From assembly GCA_963795085.1 (NCBI GenBank), contig CAWCFX010000004.1, positions 32,001-96,000 on the forward strand: a stretch of DNA of 64,000 bases, in the 5' to 3' direction. The translations under genes were made by a program, and so were the position numbers. Source of the DNA: an uncultured Gemmatimonadales bacterium. GTDB taxonomy: Bacteria > Gemmatimonadota > Gemmatimonadetes > Gemmatimonadales > GWC2-71-9. The notes below the pieces were generated by a model. The model did no database searches. It worked only from the letters and a program-made list of their open reading frames with translations, and was not told where the DNA came from. This document shows positions 8,221 through 18,047 of this stretch, in pieces. Every line of letters starts with the position of its first letter. Position 1 is the first letter of the stretch.

Positions 8221-9354
8221 ATAACTTTCCAGCCACTGAATATCGTCGCCGTCCGTCCGCACCAGGTACACGCTGTTCTTCCCGAAGCCGGCGATCCGCC
8301 GGTCCCGGGGCAGGGTCACGGTACGCACGAAGGTACCCTGCTGGTCGAAGACGTCCACCGTGGGCACCGGGTCGCCGCCCCGGCGGGAGCGCAGCAGCCA
8401 GAGCTGGCCATTGGGCGCGACCCATGCACTGTTCCGCCCGGGGAAGGGCGGCTTGAACCCGGGGTACTGGGGCGCCGGCATGTTCACCGTCGGGGGGGGC
8501 CCCGATGCCCCGGGGCCACTCCCGAACGTTACCCGCGGAGCACCCTGGGCCCTCTGCTGTGACTCGCGGTCGGCATCGTTCACCCGGACCGGCTGGTGGC
8601 GATTGACCGGCCCGGAGGTCCGCTGCTTCGCCGGAGAATACCAGTCCACATGGAAATCCGTTACGCGCGCCACCGCCATCCGGCCATCGGCGCCCACCGC
8701 CCAGGTGTCTTCGGGGCTGAACGGCTCCGGCCGCATCATCATCATGCGGCCCTGCCCGGAGCTGGATGTCCGCATGGTCATGGCGGTGATCTTGAGGAAG
8801 GTCACGGTATCCACCGTCGCCCGCCGCCGGTCCCACCGCAGCACCGGCACCGAGTCGGGCGGTGATGCCATGCTGCCCGGCCCGCCCGGCGGGATCAGGC
8901 TTCCCCGGAAATAGATCCGGCCCGCCAGGTCTGAATACTGTGGATCGGCGCCGATTCCGAGATTCTCGGGGAACGGGATGTGGCCGCCGGCCTTGCCGTT
9001 CGGCAGGATGATGAGAAAGCGGCGGTTCGACGGGTCCACCAACAAGGTTGAGTCTCCCGCCAGAGGCAGCAGCGCCCCGGGAAACGAGTACTCGCCGGGG
9101 CCCTGGCCCTCGCGCCCGACCCGCACCGCCGTGCCCGCGGTGAGGTCGAGCAACTGGACCGTTTTCTCCCCCGGATCGGCCACCAGGACCCTGCCGTTGG
9201 AGAGTTCCCGGATGGACCCGACATTGGTGAATCCGTCGGCGGACTGGGCCGTCGGCCGGCCCAGCGAAGGCCCGCCGGCCCGCTGCTGCGCCTGGCCAGT
9301 TGAATAGGGAACCGCACAGATACACGCGAATAGCAGAAACGACCCGGCCCGCAT
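8212..9354 (-). CDS. Secreted 6-bladed beta-propeller protein, paralogue of 7016-8155
   Basis: RELSNGRVLVAD; VGREGQGPGEY; DVFDQQG...AGFGKNSVYL. Confidence 0.9.
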   Translation of the reverse strand: MRAGSFLLFACICAVPYSTGQAQQRAGGPSLGRPTAQSADGFTNVGSIRELSNGRVLVADPGEKTVQLLDLTAGTAVRVGREGQGPGEYSFPGALLPLAGDSTLLVDPSNRRFLIILPNGKAGGHIPFPENLGIGADPQYSDLAGRIYFRGSLIPPGGPGSMASPPDSVPVLRWDRRRATVDTVTFLKITAMTMRTSSSGQGRMMMMRPEPFSPEDTWAVGADGRMAVARVTDFHVDWYSPAKQRTSGPVNRHQPVRVNDADRESQQRAQGAPRVTFGSGPGASGPPPTVNMPAPQYPGFKPPFPGRNSAWVAPNGQLWLLRSRRGGDPVPTVDVFDQQGTFVRTVTLPRDRRIAGFGKNSVYLVRTDGDDIQWLESYTI

Positions 9355-9420
9355 GCGAAATCTCCGGAATGGCGGAATGTCCCATGGGGATGCCTTGGGA
9401 GGAGCGAAGGTTGCAGAATC

Positions 9421-9468
9421 CCCCTTGCCCCCTTGCCCCCTTGCCGCCTTGCCCCCTGGCCCCCTTAT
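9421..9468. repeat. Octamer tandem repeat (CCCCTTGC)~6
   Basis: Read directly; lies just upstream of GTG 9477. Confidence 0.9.
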
Positions 9469-9476
9469 ATCAACCC

Positions 9477-11315
9477 GTGACTCTCTACGCCTCCGCCGCC
9501 CATCCCGATCCCCTCGATTTCCTGGCCGAAGTCTCGGTCTTCACGGGGGTAGATCCGGACCTGATGGCCGAACTGGCCGGCCAGGTGGAATGGTGTCACA
9601 TCCACGGTGGCGGGATCCTCTTCCGCCAGGGCGAGGAGGGGGACGCGCTGTACATGGTGGTAAGCGGCCGGCTCCGGGTCCTGGTGGAGCGGCCGGACGG
9701 CAAGGGGATTGAGCGGGTCCTTCGCGACGTTACCCGCGGCGAGACGGTAGGAGAACTCGCCCTGATCGCCGGCGAAGCCCGCTCGGCGACCGTCGTGGCG
9801 CTTCGGGACACCGAGCTGGGAAAAATCTCCCGCTCCGCCTTCTCCCGTCTCATGGAGCGGGATCCCCGTTCCATGCTGGGTATCACCCGCATGCTGGCCG
9901 GGTGGCTGACCAACCCGGCCCAGCCTGAGCCGGCGCACCCGGCTACGATCGCCCTGGTGCCGCTGGGGCGGGAGAGTCCGCTCGCGGACACCGCGAGGCA
10001 GCTAAGCGTGGCCCTTTCCCGTCTGGGCCGGACCCTTCATCTCAATTCGGCCATCATTGACCGGATGGTGGGGCCGGGAACCTCGCAACTGGGCGACCGC
10101 GATCCTGCCTACCCTGCCCTCACCCGTTGGCTCAACGACCAGGAAGCCGAGTACCAGTTCATCCTGTACCAGGCCGACCTCGAGTATTCGCCGTGGACCA
10201 TGCGCTGCCTCAGCCAGGCCGACCGTATCCTCCAGGTGGCCCGAAACGGCGATGGGCCGGCCGGGGAGAGCGGCTTTGGTCCCCGCGGGTCGGCCGGCGC
10301 CATCGGCGGCGGGGCCGACCAGGAACTGGTCCTGGTGCACGAGGCGGGGTACCCGGGCGGCACCGCCGAGTGGCTGAGCCGGGGTGATTTCCGCACCCAC
10401 CATCATGTGAAGCTGGATGGCGGCCCGGACTTCGACCGGCTGGCCCGCCACCTCAATGGGACGGCGGTGGGCCTGGTGCTGGGCGGCGGGGGCGCGCGGG
10501 GGTTCGCTCATATCGGGGTGATCAAGGCGCTCCGCGAGCTGGGTATTCCCGTGGACCGGCTGGGCGGCACCAGCATGGGGGCCGTCATCGCCGCGCAGTA
10601 CGCCGCCGGGATGTCCCCCGAAGAGATGGTGGAGCTGAACCGCCGCGGGTGGATCGGCTTCCGCCCCCACCGCGACTTTACCCTGCCCTTGATCTCCATG
10701 CTGTCGGGCCGCGCCGCCGGCCGGATGCTCAAGATGATGTTCGGCGACCGGATGATCGAGGACCTGTGGCTCAACTACTACTGCGTCTCGACCAACCTGA
10801 GCCGCGCGGAACTGATGGTGCACCGGCAGGGCCCGGTTAGGCGGTGGGTCCGGGCCAGTATCGCCCTGCCCGGCTCGGCGCCGCCGCTCATCGGCGACGC
10901 GGGGGACCTGCTGATTGATGGGGGGGTGCTCGACAACGTCCCCATCGGGGCCATGCAGCAGCTGGGCGAGGCCAGCATCATCGCCGTGGACGTCTCGCCG
11001 GACGTGGACCTGGTGGTGGATACCGGGCTCAAGCTGGCGCCCAGCCCCTGGCGGGTCCTGGGCGACCGGGTGCGGGGCCGCGACAGCCGCAGATTCCCCA
11101 GCCTCTTTCAAATTCTCTACAGAACCTCGGTGCTCTCGAGTATCCGGCTGGGCAAGGAGCGGCGGGACGGAGTGGCCCTCTACCTGGAGCCCCCCGCCGG
11201 CGGGTTTGATATCTTCGCGATGGATCGGATTGATGCGATCGTGGAGGTGGGATACCGTTATACCATGGAACAGCTGACCAGCGGCGCCGTCAGGTTGCCG
11301 GGGTGGCCAACCTGA
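9477..11315 (+). CDS. Cyclic-nucleotide-binding domain plus patatin-like phospholipase (NTE family)
   Basis: LFRQGEEGDALYMVVSGRL...GETVGELAL..RSATV (cNMP); GGGGARG, GTSMG and DGG (patatin). Confidence 0.92.
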   Translation: MTLYASAAHPDPLDFLAEVSVFTGVDPDLMAELAGQVEWCHIHGGGILFRQGEEGDALYMVVSGRLRVLVERPDGKGIERVLRDVTRGETVGELALIAGEARSATVVALRDTELGKISRSAFSRLMERDPRSMLGITRMLAGWLTNPAQPEPAHPATIALVPLGRESPLADTARQLSVALSRLGRTLHLNSAIIDRMVGPGTSQLGDRDPAYPALTRWLNDQEAEYQFILYQADLEYSPWTMRCLSQADRILQVARNGDGPAGESGFGPRGSAGAIGGGADQELVLVHEAGYPGGTAEWLSRGDFRTHHHVKLDGGPDFDRLARHLNGTAVGLVLGGGGARGFAHIGVIKALRELGIPVDRLGGTSMGAVIAAQYAAGMSPEEMVELNRRGWIGFRPHRDFTLPLISMLSGRAAGRMLKMMFGDRMIEDLWLNYYCVSTNLSRAELMVHRQGPVRRWVRASIALPGSAPPLIGDAGDLLIDGGVLDNVPIGAMQQLGEASIIAVDVSPDVDLVVDTGLKLAPSPWRVLGDRVRGRDSRRFPSLFQILYRTSVLSSIRLGKERRDGVALYLEPPAGGFDIFAMDRIDAIVEVGYRYTMEQLTSGAVRLPGWPT

Positions 11316-11466
11316 CGCTCGCCTTGGCGCGATCGAGAAAAACGGTTCCCTGGCCAAAGCCCAGCAGGGAGGTATCCAGGGGCCGGCGGATCTCGCCCAG
11401 GGGCTCCGCCTGGTCGTTGTAAATCTCATACACCGTGCTGCAGAGTTTCGATGCCATCAGTACCAT
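11290..11466 (-). pseudogene. Remnant of the last blade of a beta-propeller gene
   Basis: TVYEIYNDQAEPLGEIRRPLDTSLLGFGQGTVFLDR aligns by eye with the C-termini of 7016-8155 and 8212-9354. Confidence 0.55.
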
Positions 11467-11567
11467 GGTGCCCTTTCCTGTGATGCTGTATGGGGTTGGA
11501 TGCCAGGATGGCGGGAATGGTTGCGGAGGCGGGCGGCGGACCGGGGAGTTGGCCAGCCCTGGCCACG

Positions 11568-11680
11568 GTCCCACTGTCCCACTGTCCCACTGTCCCACTG
11601 CCCACTGACCCACTGTCCCACTGCCCACTGTCCCACTGACCCACTGACCCACTGACCCCCTGTCCCCCTGTGCCCCCTTG
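11568..11680. repeat. Degenerate 7-8 bp tandem repeat (CCCACTG[T/A]), roughly 13 units
   Basis: Read directly; abuts the ECF promoter motif. Confidence 0.95.
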
Positions 11681-11683
11681 AGC

Positions 11684-11712
11684 AAACCCTTTTCCCCCCA
11701 TGGGGTTCTCAT
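11684..11712 (+). promoter_or_regulatory. Candidate autoregulatory ECF promoter AAACC-N16-GTTCTCAT
   Basis: The same motif and spacing occur at 15265-15293. Confidence 0.65.
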
Positions 11713-11750
11713 CCCTGAAGGCAGCCACACGAATGATTCCCGGGAGTGCC

Positions 11751-12296
11751 GTGACTGAGCAGAGCCTGATCCAGCGGGTCCTGGAGGGAGATCCTGGCGC
11801 CGAGCGCGAGCTGTACGACGCGTACGTGGACCGGGTCTTCCGGCTGGCCTACCGGATGGCCGGGGAGAGCGACCTGGCCCAGGACTTCGTCCAGGAGACC
11901 TTCATCAAGGTGTTCGGCCGGCTCAGCACCTTCCGGGGCGAGTCGGCGCTGGGAACCTGGATCACCTCGATCGCGATCTCGGTGGCGCTCAACGGGCTCC
12001 GGAAGGTGAAGCGGTTCCACCAGCGGGAAGCCAACCTTGAGGAAGCGGCGCTGGTCACAGGAGGGAGCAGCCGGCGCCCCGAGCCGGACCTCAAGAGCAG
12101 GATGCGGGAGGCGATCAGCCGGCTGCCGGAAGGGTACCGAACGGTGTTCGTGATGCATGACATGGAAGGCTATACCCACGAGGAGATCGGGACCGCGCTC
12201 GGGGTGCAGCCGGGGACTTCGAAAGCACAATTGTTCCGCGCCCGCGCCCGGTTGCGCGAAGCGCTCGCGGATTTCGCGGGAGAGACGGCGATATGA
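11751..12296 (+). CDS. ECF RNA polymerase sigma factor (sigma-70 family)
   Basis: AQDFVQETFIKVF..L..FRGESALGTWI; LPEGYRTVFVMHDMEGYTHEEIG..LGVQPGTSKAQLFRAR. Confidence 0.95.
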   Translation: MTEQSLIQRVLEGDPGAERELYDAYVDRVFRLAYRMAGESDLAQDFVQETFIKVFGRLSTFRGESALGTWITSIAISVALNGLRKVKRFHQREANLEEAALVTGGSSRRPEPDLKSRMREAISRLPEGYRTVFVMHDMEGYTHEEIGTALGVQPGTSKAQLFRARARLREALADFAGETAI

Positions 12297-12922
12297 CGGA
12301 CGATCAACTGGACGAACGGCTGCGCGCCCTGGCGGAAGGCTACCACCATCCGCCGGAGACCCCGCGCGAGGACATGTGGCAGGCTATTCAGCGGGGCCGG
12401 GTTGCCCAGCGGAGCCGGCGCCGCCCAACCTGGAGGCCCTACGCCTGGGGCGGACTTGCTGCCGCGGCCGTGCTGGTGGTGGGAATCCTGATCGGGACCC
12501 GCATCGAGACGAGCCAGCCCCAGCTGGCTGAGGAGAACCAGGGCGTCCCGGCTCAGCCCGGGAGCGGCAGCGACCGCGCATTCCGGATGGCCGCCGTGCA
12601 GTACCTGGGCGAGACCGAAGAGTTCCTTACCGTGTTCCGCGCCGACGCGCGGCAGGGCCAGCTGGATCCCACCGCATCCGCGCGGGCCCGCCAGCTGCTG
12701 TCGTCCAATCGCCTGCTCATGGACTCGCCGGCGGCGCAGGACCCCGAGATCAACGCCCTCCTGATGGACCTCGAACTGGTCCTCGCCGAGATCTCCCGGG
12801 TCTCCGGGTCGGCGCCGGCGCGGGGCGAAGCGGGACTCATCAACGAAGGCATTGAACAAGGCGGCCTGCTCGAGCGCCTGCGTACCGCCGTGCCGGCTGG
12901 ACAGCCGGGCATCGGCCTTTAA
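12293..12922 (+). CDS. Putative single-pass anti-sigma factor
   Basis: ATGA overlap with the sigma gene; short cytoplasmic N-terminus, TM GGLAAAAVLVVGILIG, helical periplasmic part. Confidence 0.75.
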   Translation: MTDDQLDERLRALAEGYHHPPETPREDMWQAIQRGRVAQRSRRRPTWRPYAWGGLAAAAVLVVGILIGTRIETSQPQLAEENQGVPAQPGSGSDRAFRMAAVQYLGETEEFLTVFRADARQGQLDPTASARARQLLSSNRLLMDSPAAQDPEINALLMDLELVLAEISRVSGSAPARGEAGLINEGIEQGGLLERLRTAVPAGQPGIGL

Positions 12923-12937
12923 GGAGAGTAAACAGCC

Positions 12938-14359
12938 ATGCGTGCCACCACCCTGATGTTGACCCTCGCCGCGGCCGGAATGCCGCTCTACCTGGACCGC
13001 GGTCCCGTCCTCCAGGAAACGGCTACCGTCCAGACGGTGGCAGCCGAAGAGTTCCGGACCGATCCACCGGCGGCCTGGGCCGTCGAGGACCCGGCCGACT
13101 CCCTCTACCGGGAGGCGCGCGCCGCGCTCCGCCGCAACGATTACACCCGGGCCTCCACCCTGTTCCGCCAGGTGCGGGACAAGTACCCCCGTTCCGAGTA
13201 CGCGCCCGACGCCTACTACTGGGAAGCGTTCGCGCTGTACCGGGCCGGCGGCAAAACCAACCTGCAGCAGGCCCGGGAAGCGCTTCGGCTGCAGCGGCAG
13301 CGCCATGCCCGGCAAGCCGACACCTCGGATGCCCGCTCGCTGGCGACCCGGGTGTGCGGCGCCCTGGCCCGGATGGGCGATTCCGAGTGCGCCGAGCTGA
13401 TCACCGAGCGTGCCTCGGCGGTAGCCGGCGGGAGCTCCTCCGGCGGAGCGGCCTCGAGCAGCGGCCGGAACTCCGGGCGCTGCCCCGATGAGGAAGACGA
13501 CATGCGGGTCGAGGCGCTCAATGCCGTGCTGCAGATGGACGCCGACCGCGCCATGCCGCTGCTCCGCCGGGTGCTGGAACGGCGCGACGAGTGCTCCGCT
13601 CCGCTCCGGCGGAAGGCGATCTTCCTGGTGTCGCAGCAGCGGACCAGCGAGACCGAGAACATCCTGCTGGCGGCCGCCCGGAACGACCCCGACCCCGAGG
13701 TGCGGGAGCAGTCGGTCTTCTGGCTCTCCCAGGTCGGAACCGACCGCTCGGTGAGCGCCCTCGATTCCATCCTGCGGAGTTCCACCGATCCCAAGCTGCA
13801 GGAGAAGGCCATTTTCGCCCTCTCCCAGGTGAACAACGCCCGCGCCGGCGCCGCCATCCGGGAGTTCGCCGAGCGGAATGATGTGCGGGACGAGTTGCGG
13901 GAGCAGGCCATCTTCTGGATCGGGCAGCAGAACCGGCCGGAAAACGCCCGCTACCTGCAGACGCTCTTTGGCCGGATCAACTCCCAGGAACTCAAGGAGA
14001 AGATCATCTTCTCCCTCTCCCAGATGCAGGGCGAGGAGAACACCCGCTGGATCATGAACATTGCCCTGGACGAGGCCCAGAACATTGCCATGCGGAAGCA
14101 GGCGCTCTTCTGGGCCGGGCAGACCGGGGGCAGCCTCCCGGAACTGCTCGCGCTCTACGGGCGGATCCAGAACCCGGAGATGAAGGAGCAGCTGATCTTC
14201 GTGTACTCGCAGCGGCGGGAGAAGGCGGCGGTGGACAAGCTGCTGGACATCGCCCGGAACGACAGCGACCGGGAGATGCGGAAGAAGGCCCTCTTCTGGC
14301 TCTCCCAGTCAAACGACCCCCGGGTGGTGGACCTGCTGCAGGAGATTATCGACCAATGA
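12938..14359 (+). CDS. Secreted TPR plus HEAT-repeat protein
   Basis: AAGGAG SD; TPR-like YPRSEYAPDAYYW; repeated R(K/E)xA(I/L)FWLSQ units. Confidence 0.9.
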   Translation: MRATTLMLTLAAAGMPLYLDRGPVLQETATVQTVAAEEFRTDPPAAWAVEDPADSLYREARAALRRNDYTRASTLFRQVRDKYPRSEYAPDAYYWEAFALYRAGGKTNLQQAREALRLQRQRHARQADTSDARSLATRVCGALARMGDSECAELITERASAVAGGSSSGGAASSSGRNSGRCPDEEDDMRVEALNAVLQMDADRAMPLLRRVLERRDECSAPLRRKAIFLVSQQRTSETENILLAAARNDPDPEVREQSVFWLSQVGTDRSVSALDSILRSSTDPKLQEKAIFALSQVNNARAGAAIREFAERNDVRDELREQAIFWIGQQNRPENARYLQTLFGRINSQELKEKIIFSLSQMQGEENTRWIMNIALDEAQNIAMRKQALFWAGQTGGSLPELLALYGRIQNPEMKEQLIFVYSQRREKAAVDKLLDIARNDSDREMRKKALFWLSQSNDPRVVDLLQEIIDQ

Positions 14360-15129
14360 GAACGATCACCCTGGTGGTGCTGGGGCTGGCCGGGCTGGCC
14401 GCCCACCCCGCGAGCGCCCAGTCGCTCGCGGCCCGGATCAGCGAAGTGCGCGAGGGTACGGTGCGTTTCAGTTTCAAGTCCCGGCCGGACGTCTGCGGCA
14501 GCGGCGAGCACAGCATCCAGACCGGCTCGGGCCGCCACTTCGGCACCTGGAATTCGGACGATGTGAGCCGGAGCGACTGCGTGTATGGCCCGGTGCATCT
14601 CCGGGTCACCCGGAGCGGCGGAACGGTCACCCGGATCGGGGTCACGGTGGGAGCCTGGGCCGGCACGGGCGGCACCAGCCTCGGCATGGTCTCCACCCGG
14701 GAGGCCGCGGCGTGGCTGATGGCCCTCGCCAGGAACAGCGAGACCAAGGCCGGGGGCGAGGCCATGTTCGCCGTCACCCTGGCGGACAGCGTCACCCCAT
14801 GGCCCGAGATGCTCGCCATCGCGCGGGACGCATCGGTGCGCCAGGACACCCGCAAGCAGGCCGTCTTCTGGCTGGGCCAGGCCGCGGGCGACGCCGCCAC
14901 CAAGGGGCTGACCGAGCTGGCGGAGGACGATGACGGGGACCGCGAAGTGCGGGAGTCGGCGGTGTTCGCGCTCTCCCAGTTGAAGAACGACCAGGGTGTG
15001 CCGGCGCTGGTGCGCATCGCGCGCAGCAACGGCGACCCCAGGATCCGCCGCACCGCATTGTTCTGGCTGGGCCAGTCGGAAGACCCGCGGGCGCTGGACC
15101 TCTTCGAAGAGCTGCTCGTCCGCCAGTAG
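14356..15129 (+). CDS. Secreted HEAT-repeat protein
   Basis: Signal peptide ending PASA-Q; RKQAVFWLGQ, RESAVFALSQ, RRTALFWLGQ. Confidence 0.9.
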   Translation: MRTITLVVLGLAGLAAHPASAQSLAARISEVREGTVRFSFKSRPDVCGSGEHSIQTGSGRHFGTWNSDDVSRSDCVYGPVHLRVTRSGGTVTRIGVTVGAWAGTGGTSLGMVSTREAAAWLMALARNSETKAGGEAMFAVTLADSVTPWPEMLAIARDASVRQDTRKQAVFWLGQAAGDAATKGLTELAEDDDGDREVRESAVFALSQLKNDQGVPALVRIARSNGDPRIRRTALFWLGQSEDPRALDLFEELLVRQ

Positions 15130-15170
15130 AACGATGGACGGTCCAGTAGAACGATTGCCGGTAATGAAGG

Positions 15171-15201
15171 GAAGGCCGGCGGTTTGCCTCCGCCGGCCTT
15201 C
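15171..15201 (+). terminator. GC-rich stem-loop after the ECF operon
   Basis: GAAGGCCGGCGG-TTTGCCT-CCGCCGGCCTTC, 12 bp perfect stem, weak U-tract. Confidence 0.6.
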
Positions 15202-15264
15202 GCCGTTTCGCCGCATCCCCCGCCCCCGGCTCACGTTTCACCGCTTCTGCAACGTACCACCAGT

Positions 15265-15293
15265 AAACCTTTTTCCCGTTTCTCCGTTCTAAT
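15265..15293 (+). promoter_or_regulatory. Candidate ECF promoter AAACC-N16-GTTCTAAT
   Basis: Matches 11684-11712; about 50 nt upstream of ATG 15342. Confidence 0.65.
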
Positions 15294-15341
15294 AGGTGTA
15301 GCCGCGTTCCAAACGTTGCAACCTCTACAAGAACGGTTCTT

Positions 15342-17990
15342 ATGGCACTCCCCGTGGCGGGGCTTCTGGCCCTCGTTTTGGTGCAACAGGCGTCCACTAC
15401 ACCGGTCGCGTTCCCCGTGTCGACCCCTGCGGAAGTCCGCGCGGTCCGCGCCACGGCAGGTATTTCGATTGACGGGATACTGGATGAGCCGTCGTGGCAG
15501 GGCCAGCACGGGGTGTCCGCCTTTACCCAGCGGGAGCCGGACCAGGGCTCGGCGCCCACCGAGCGCACCCTGGTCTTCATGGCGTTTGACAACGAGGCCA
15601 TCTACGTCGGCGCCCGGCTCTTCGATTCTTCCCCCGATTCGGTAGTGGCCCGCCTGGCCCGGCGGGACCGGTACACCAGCGCCGACATGTTTTACGTTTT
15701 TCTCGATCCCTATCTTGACCGGCGCACCGGTTTCTACTTCGCGGTCAACGCCGCAGGGACCCTCTACGATGGGGTACTCTACAACGACGATTGGGACGAC
15801 GATAACTGGGACGGGGTCTGGGAGGCGAAGACAATGCGGGACGCCGAGGGGTGGACCGTGGAGATGCGCATCCCGTATTCCCAGCTGCGCTTTCACCAGG
15901 CCGACCAGCAGCGCTGGGGTATCAACTTCAAGCGGGAGATCGCCCGGAAGAACGAGCAGACCTATCTCACCTTCACACCCAGGAACCAGAGCGGGTTTGT
16001 CTCACGTTTCGTTCCGCTGGTCGGCATTGACGGAGTGAAGCCGCCGGCACGGCTCGAGATTCTTCCCTATATCACCTCCCGGGCGTCGATGACCAACCCG
16101 GCCGCCGGGAATCCGTTCAACGACGGGCGGGAGCTGTCCACCAGCGTGGGGACCGATCTCAAGTTCGGCATCGGCAGCAACCTGACGGTGGACGCGACCA
16201 TCAACCCGGACTTCGGCCAGGTCGAGGTGGACCCCGCGGTGGTCAACCTGAGCGACTTCGAGACCTTCTTTCCCGAGAAGCGGCCCTTTTTCATCGAGGG
16301 CTCGACCATCTTCGATTTCGGGTACGGCGGGTCCAACAACAACTGGGGGTTCAACTGGGGGAACCCGGACTTCTTCTATACCCGGCGCGTGGGCCGCGCG
16401 CCCCAGGGCAGAGTTCCCTCCAGTGACTACGCCCGTTCCCCTGACGGGACCAGCATCCTCGGCGCCGCGAAACTGACGGGCAAGGTGGCCGGGTGGAACT
16501 TCGGCACCATGCAGGCGCTGACCGGGCGGGAGATGGCCCGGCTGGACGTGGGCGGCAGCCGGAGCGAGGCGGAGGTGGAACCCCGATCGTGGTACGGAGT
16601 GCTCCGCTCCCAGCGCGAGATGAACGGGGGCGCCCAGGGCATCGGCCTCATCGCCACGTCCACCCTGCGGGACTTCGACGATCCCCGGCTCCGGAACGAG
16701 ATCAACAGTTCGGCCTTCACCCTGGGGGTGGATGGGTGGACCTTCCTGGACCGGGACAAGGTGTGGGTCATCTCCGGATGGACCGGGGCCAGCATGGTGC
16801 AGGGCTCGGCCGAACGGATCACCCGCCTGCAGCGCAGCTCGCTGCACTATTTCCAGCGGCCCGATGCCGCGCATCTCGACCTGGACCCGTCTGCCACCTC
16901 GCTCAGCGGGCTGGCCGGCCGGGTCGCGCTCAACAAGCAGAAGGGCAACTGGCGCTTCAACTCCGCGCTCGGCGTGGTCACCCCCGGCTTCGACGTCAAC
17001 GACCTCGGGTTCCAGAGCCGCACCGACGTCATCAACACGCACGCCGTGGTGGGCCGCCGGTGGTCCACCCCTGGCAAGACCTTTCGGTTCGTGAATACCA
17101 ATACCGCCCTGTTCGGCCTCTGGGACTTCGGTGGGGAGCTGACCGGGGCCGGCGTGTTCCACAACGCCTACTTCCAGTTCCTGAACTATCACAGCATCGA
17201 ATACATCCTGGCCGTCAACCCCGACCGGCTGAGCAACCGGCTGACGCGGGGGGGCCCCTATACCCGGACTCCGGCGGGGATTGAAGCGGGCCTGTTCTAC
17301 AGTTCGGACGAGCGGAAGTCGGTCTCGTTCAATGCGAACATCTACACCTACACCGCGCAGGAGCGATCCAGTGTGAACCGGGAGGTCTCGGCCGGCGTGG
17401 AATGGCGGCCCAGCTCGAACATGACGCTCTCGTTCTCGCCCCGGGTCTCGCGGAGCTTCACCGCGGCGCAGTACGTGGGTACCTTCGCCGACCCGATGGC
17501 TACCGAGACCTTCGGCAACCGGTATGTCTTCGCCGAGCTGGGACAGACCTCGCTCTCCGGCGATATCCGGATGAACTGGATCTTCAATCCCAAGCTGAGC
17601 CTGGAGTTGTTCGCCCAGCCGCTGATCGCCTCGGGCGACTATTACCACTTCAAGGAACTGGCGAAGCCGCGGACCTACGACTTCAACCGCTACGGCCAGA
17701 ACGGCTCCACCTTTGACGGCCAGACCTACACAGCCGATCCCGATGGCCCCGGCCCCGCCACCCCGATCGCGGTGGGCAATCCCGACTTCAACTTCCGCTC
17801 GCTCCGGGGCAACGCGGTGCTCCGCTGGGAATACCTGCCCGGCTCCACCCTCTTCCTGGTCTGGACCCAGAGCCGGTCCAGCGTGGAGAATATCGGCAAC
17901 TTCCGGTTCGGCCATTCGGCGGGTGAACTGCTCCGGGCCGACGCGGACAACATCTTTGCGGTCAAGCTGACGTACTGGTGGAATCCGTAG
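15342..17990 (+). CDS. DUF5916 outer-membrane protein with an N-terminal CBM9-like domain
   Basis: IDGILDEPSW, GWTVEMRIPYSQLRF, DATINPDFGQVEVD, ETFFPEKRPFFIEG; aromatic barrel C-terminus. Confidence 0.9.
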   Translation: MALPVAGLLALVLVQQASTTPVAFPVSTPAEVRAVRATAGISIDGILDEPSWQGQHGVSAFTQREPDQGSAPTERTLVFMAFDNEAIYVGARLFDSSPDSVVARLARRDRYTSADMFYVFLDPYLDRRTGFYFAVNAAGTLYDGVLYNDDWDDDNWDGVWEAKTMRDAEGWTVEMRIPYSQLRFHQADQQRWGINFKREIARKNEQTYLTFTPRNQSGFVSRFVPLVGIDGVKPPARLEILPYITSRASMTNPAAGNPFNDGRELSTSVGTDLKFGIGSNLTVDATINPDFGQVEVDPAVVNLSDFETFFPEKRPFFIEGSTIFDFGYGGSNNNWGFNWGNPDFFYTRRVGRAPQGRVPSSDYARSPDGTSILGAAKLTGKVAGWNFGTMQALTGREMARLDVGGSRSEAEVEPRSWYGVLRSQREMNGGAQGIGLIATSTLRDFDDPRLRNEINSSAFTLGVDGWTFLDRDKVWVISGWTGASMVQGSAERITRLQRSSLHYFQRPDAAHLDLDPSATSLSGLAGRVALNKQKGNWRFNSALGVVTPGFDVNDLGFQSRTDVINTHAVVGRRWSTPGKTFRFVNTNTALFGLWDFGGELTGAGVFHNAYFQFLNYHSIEYILAVNPDRLSNRLTRGGPYTRTPAGIEAGLFYSSDERKSVSFNANIYTYTAQERSSVNREVSAGVEWRPSSNMTLSFSPRVSRSFTAAQYVGTFADPMATETFGNRYVFAELGQTSLSGDIRMNWIFNPKLSLELFAQPLIASGDYYHFKELAKPRTYDFNRYGQNGSTFDGQTYTADPDGPGPATPIAVGNPDFNFRSLRGNAVLRWEYLPGSTLFLVWTQSRSSVENIGNFRFGHSAGELLRADADNIFAVKLTYWWNP

Positions 17991-17996
17991 GGAGAA

Positions 17997-18047
17997 CAGA
18001 GTGCAGAGTGCAGAGTGCAGAGTGCAGAGTACTCTGCACTCTGCACT
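17997..18047. repeat. (CAGAGTG)n followed by its inverse, forming a perfect 34 bp palindrome at 18014-18047
   Basis: AGTGCAGAGTGCAGAGT|ACTCTGCACTCTGCACT. Confidence 0.95.

Noticed and set aside
9477..11315. cNMP-patatin as a CBASS/Pycsar defence effector
   Set aside because: No cyclase or CD-NTase is adjacent, and the architecture matches the ordinary NTE-like family.
11568..11680. Repeat arrays as possible CRISPR
   Set aside because: Units are 7-9 bp with no unique spacers, and there are no cas genes.
15123..15155. 13 bp direct repeat CCAGTAGAACGAT at the end of the HEAT gene as an att site or target-site duplication
   Set aside because: The copies are only 7 nt apart with no element between them; probably a local duplication.
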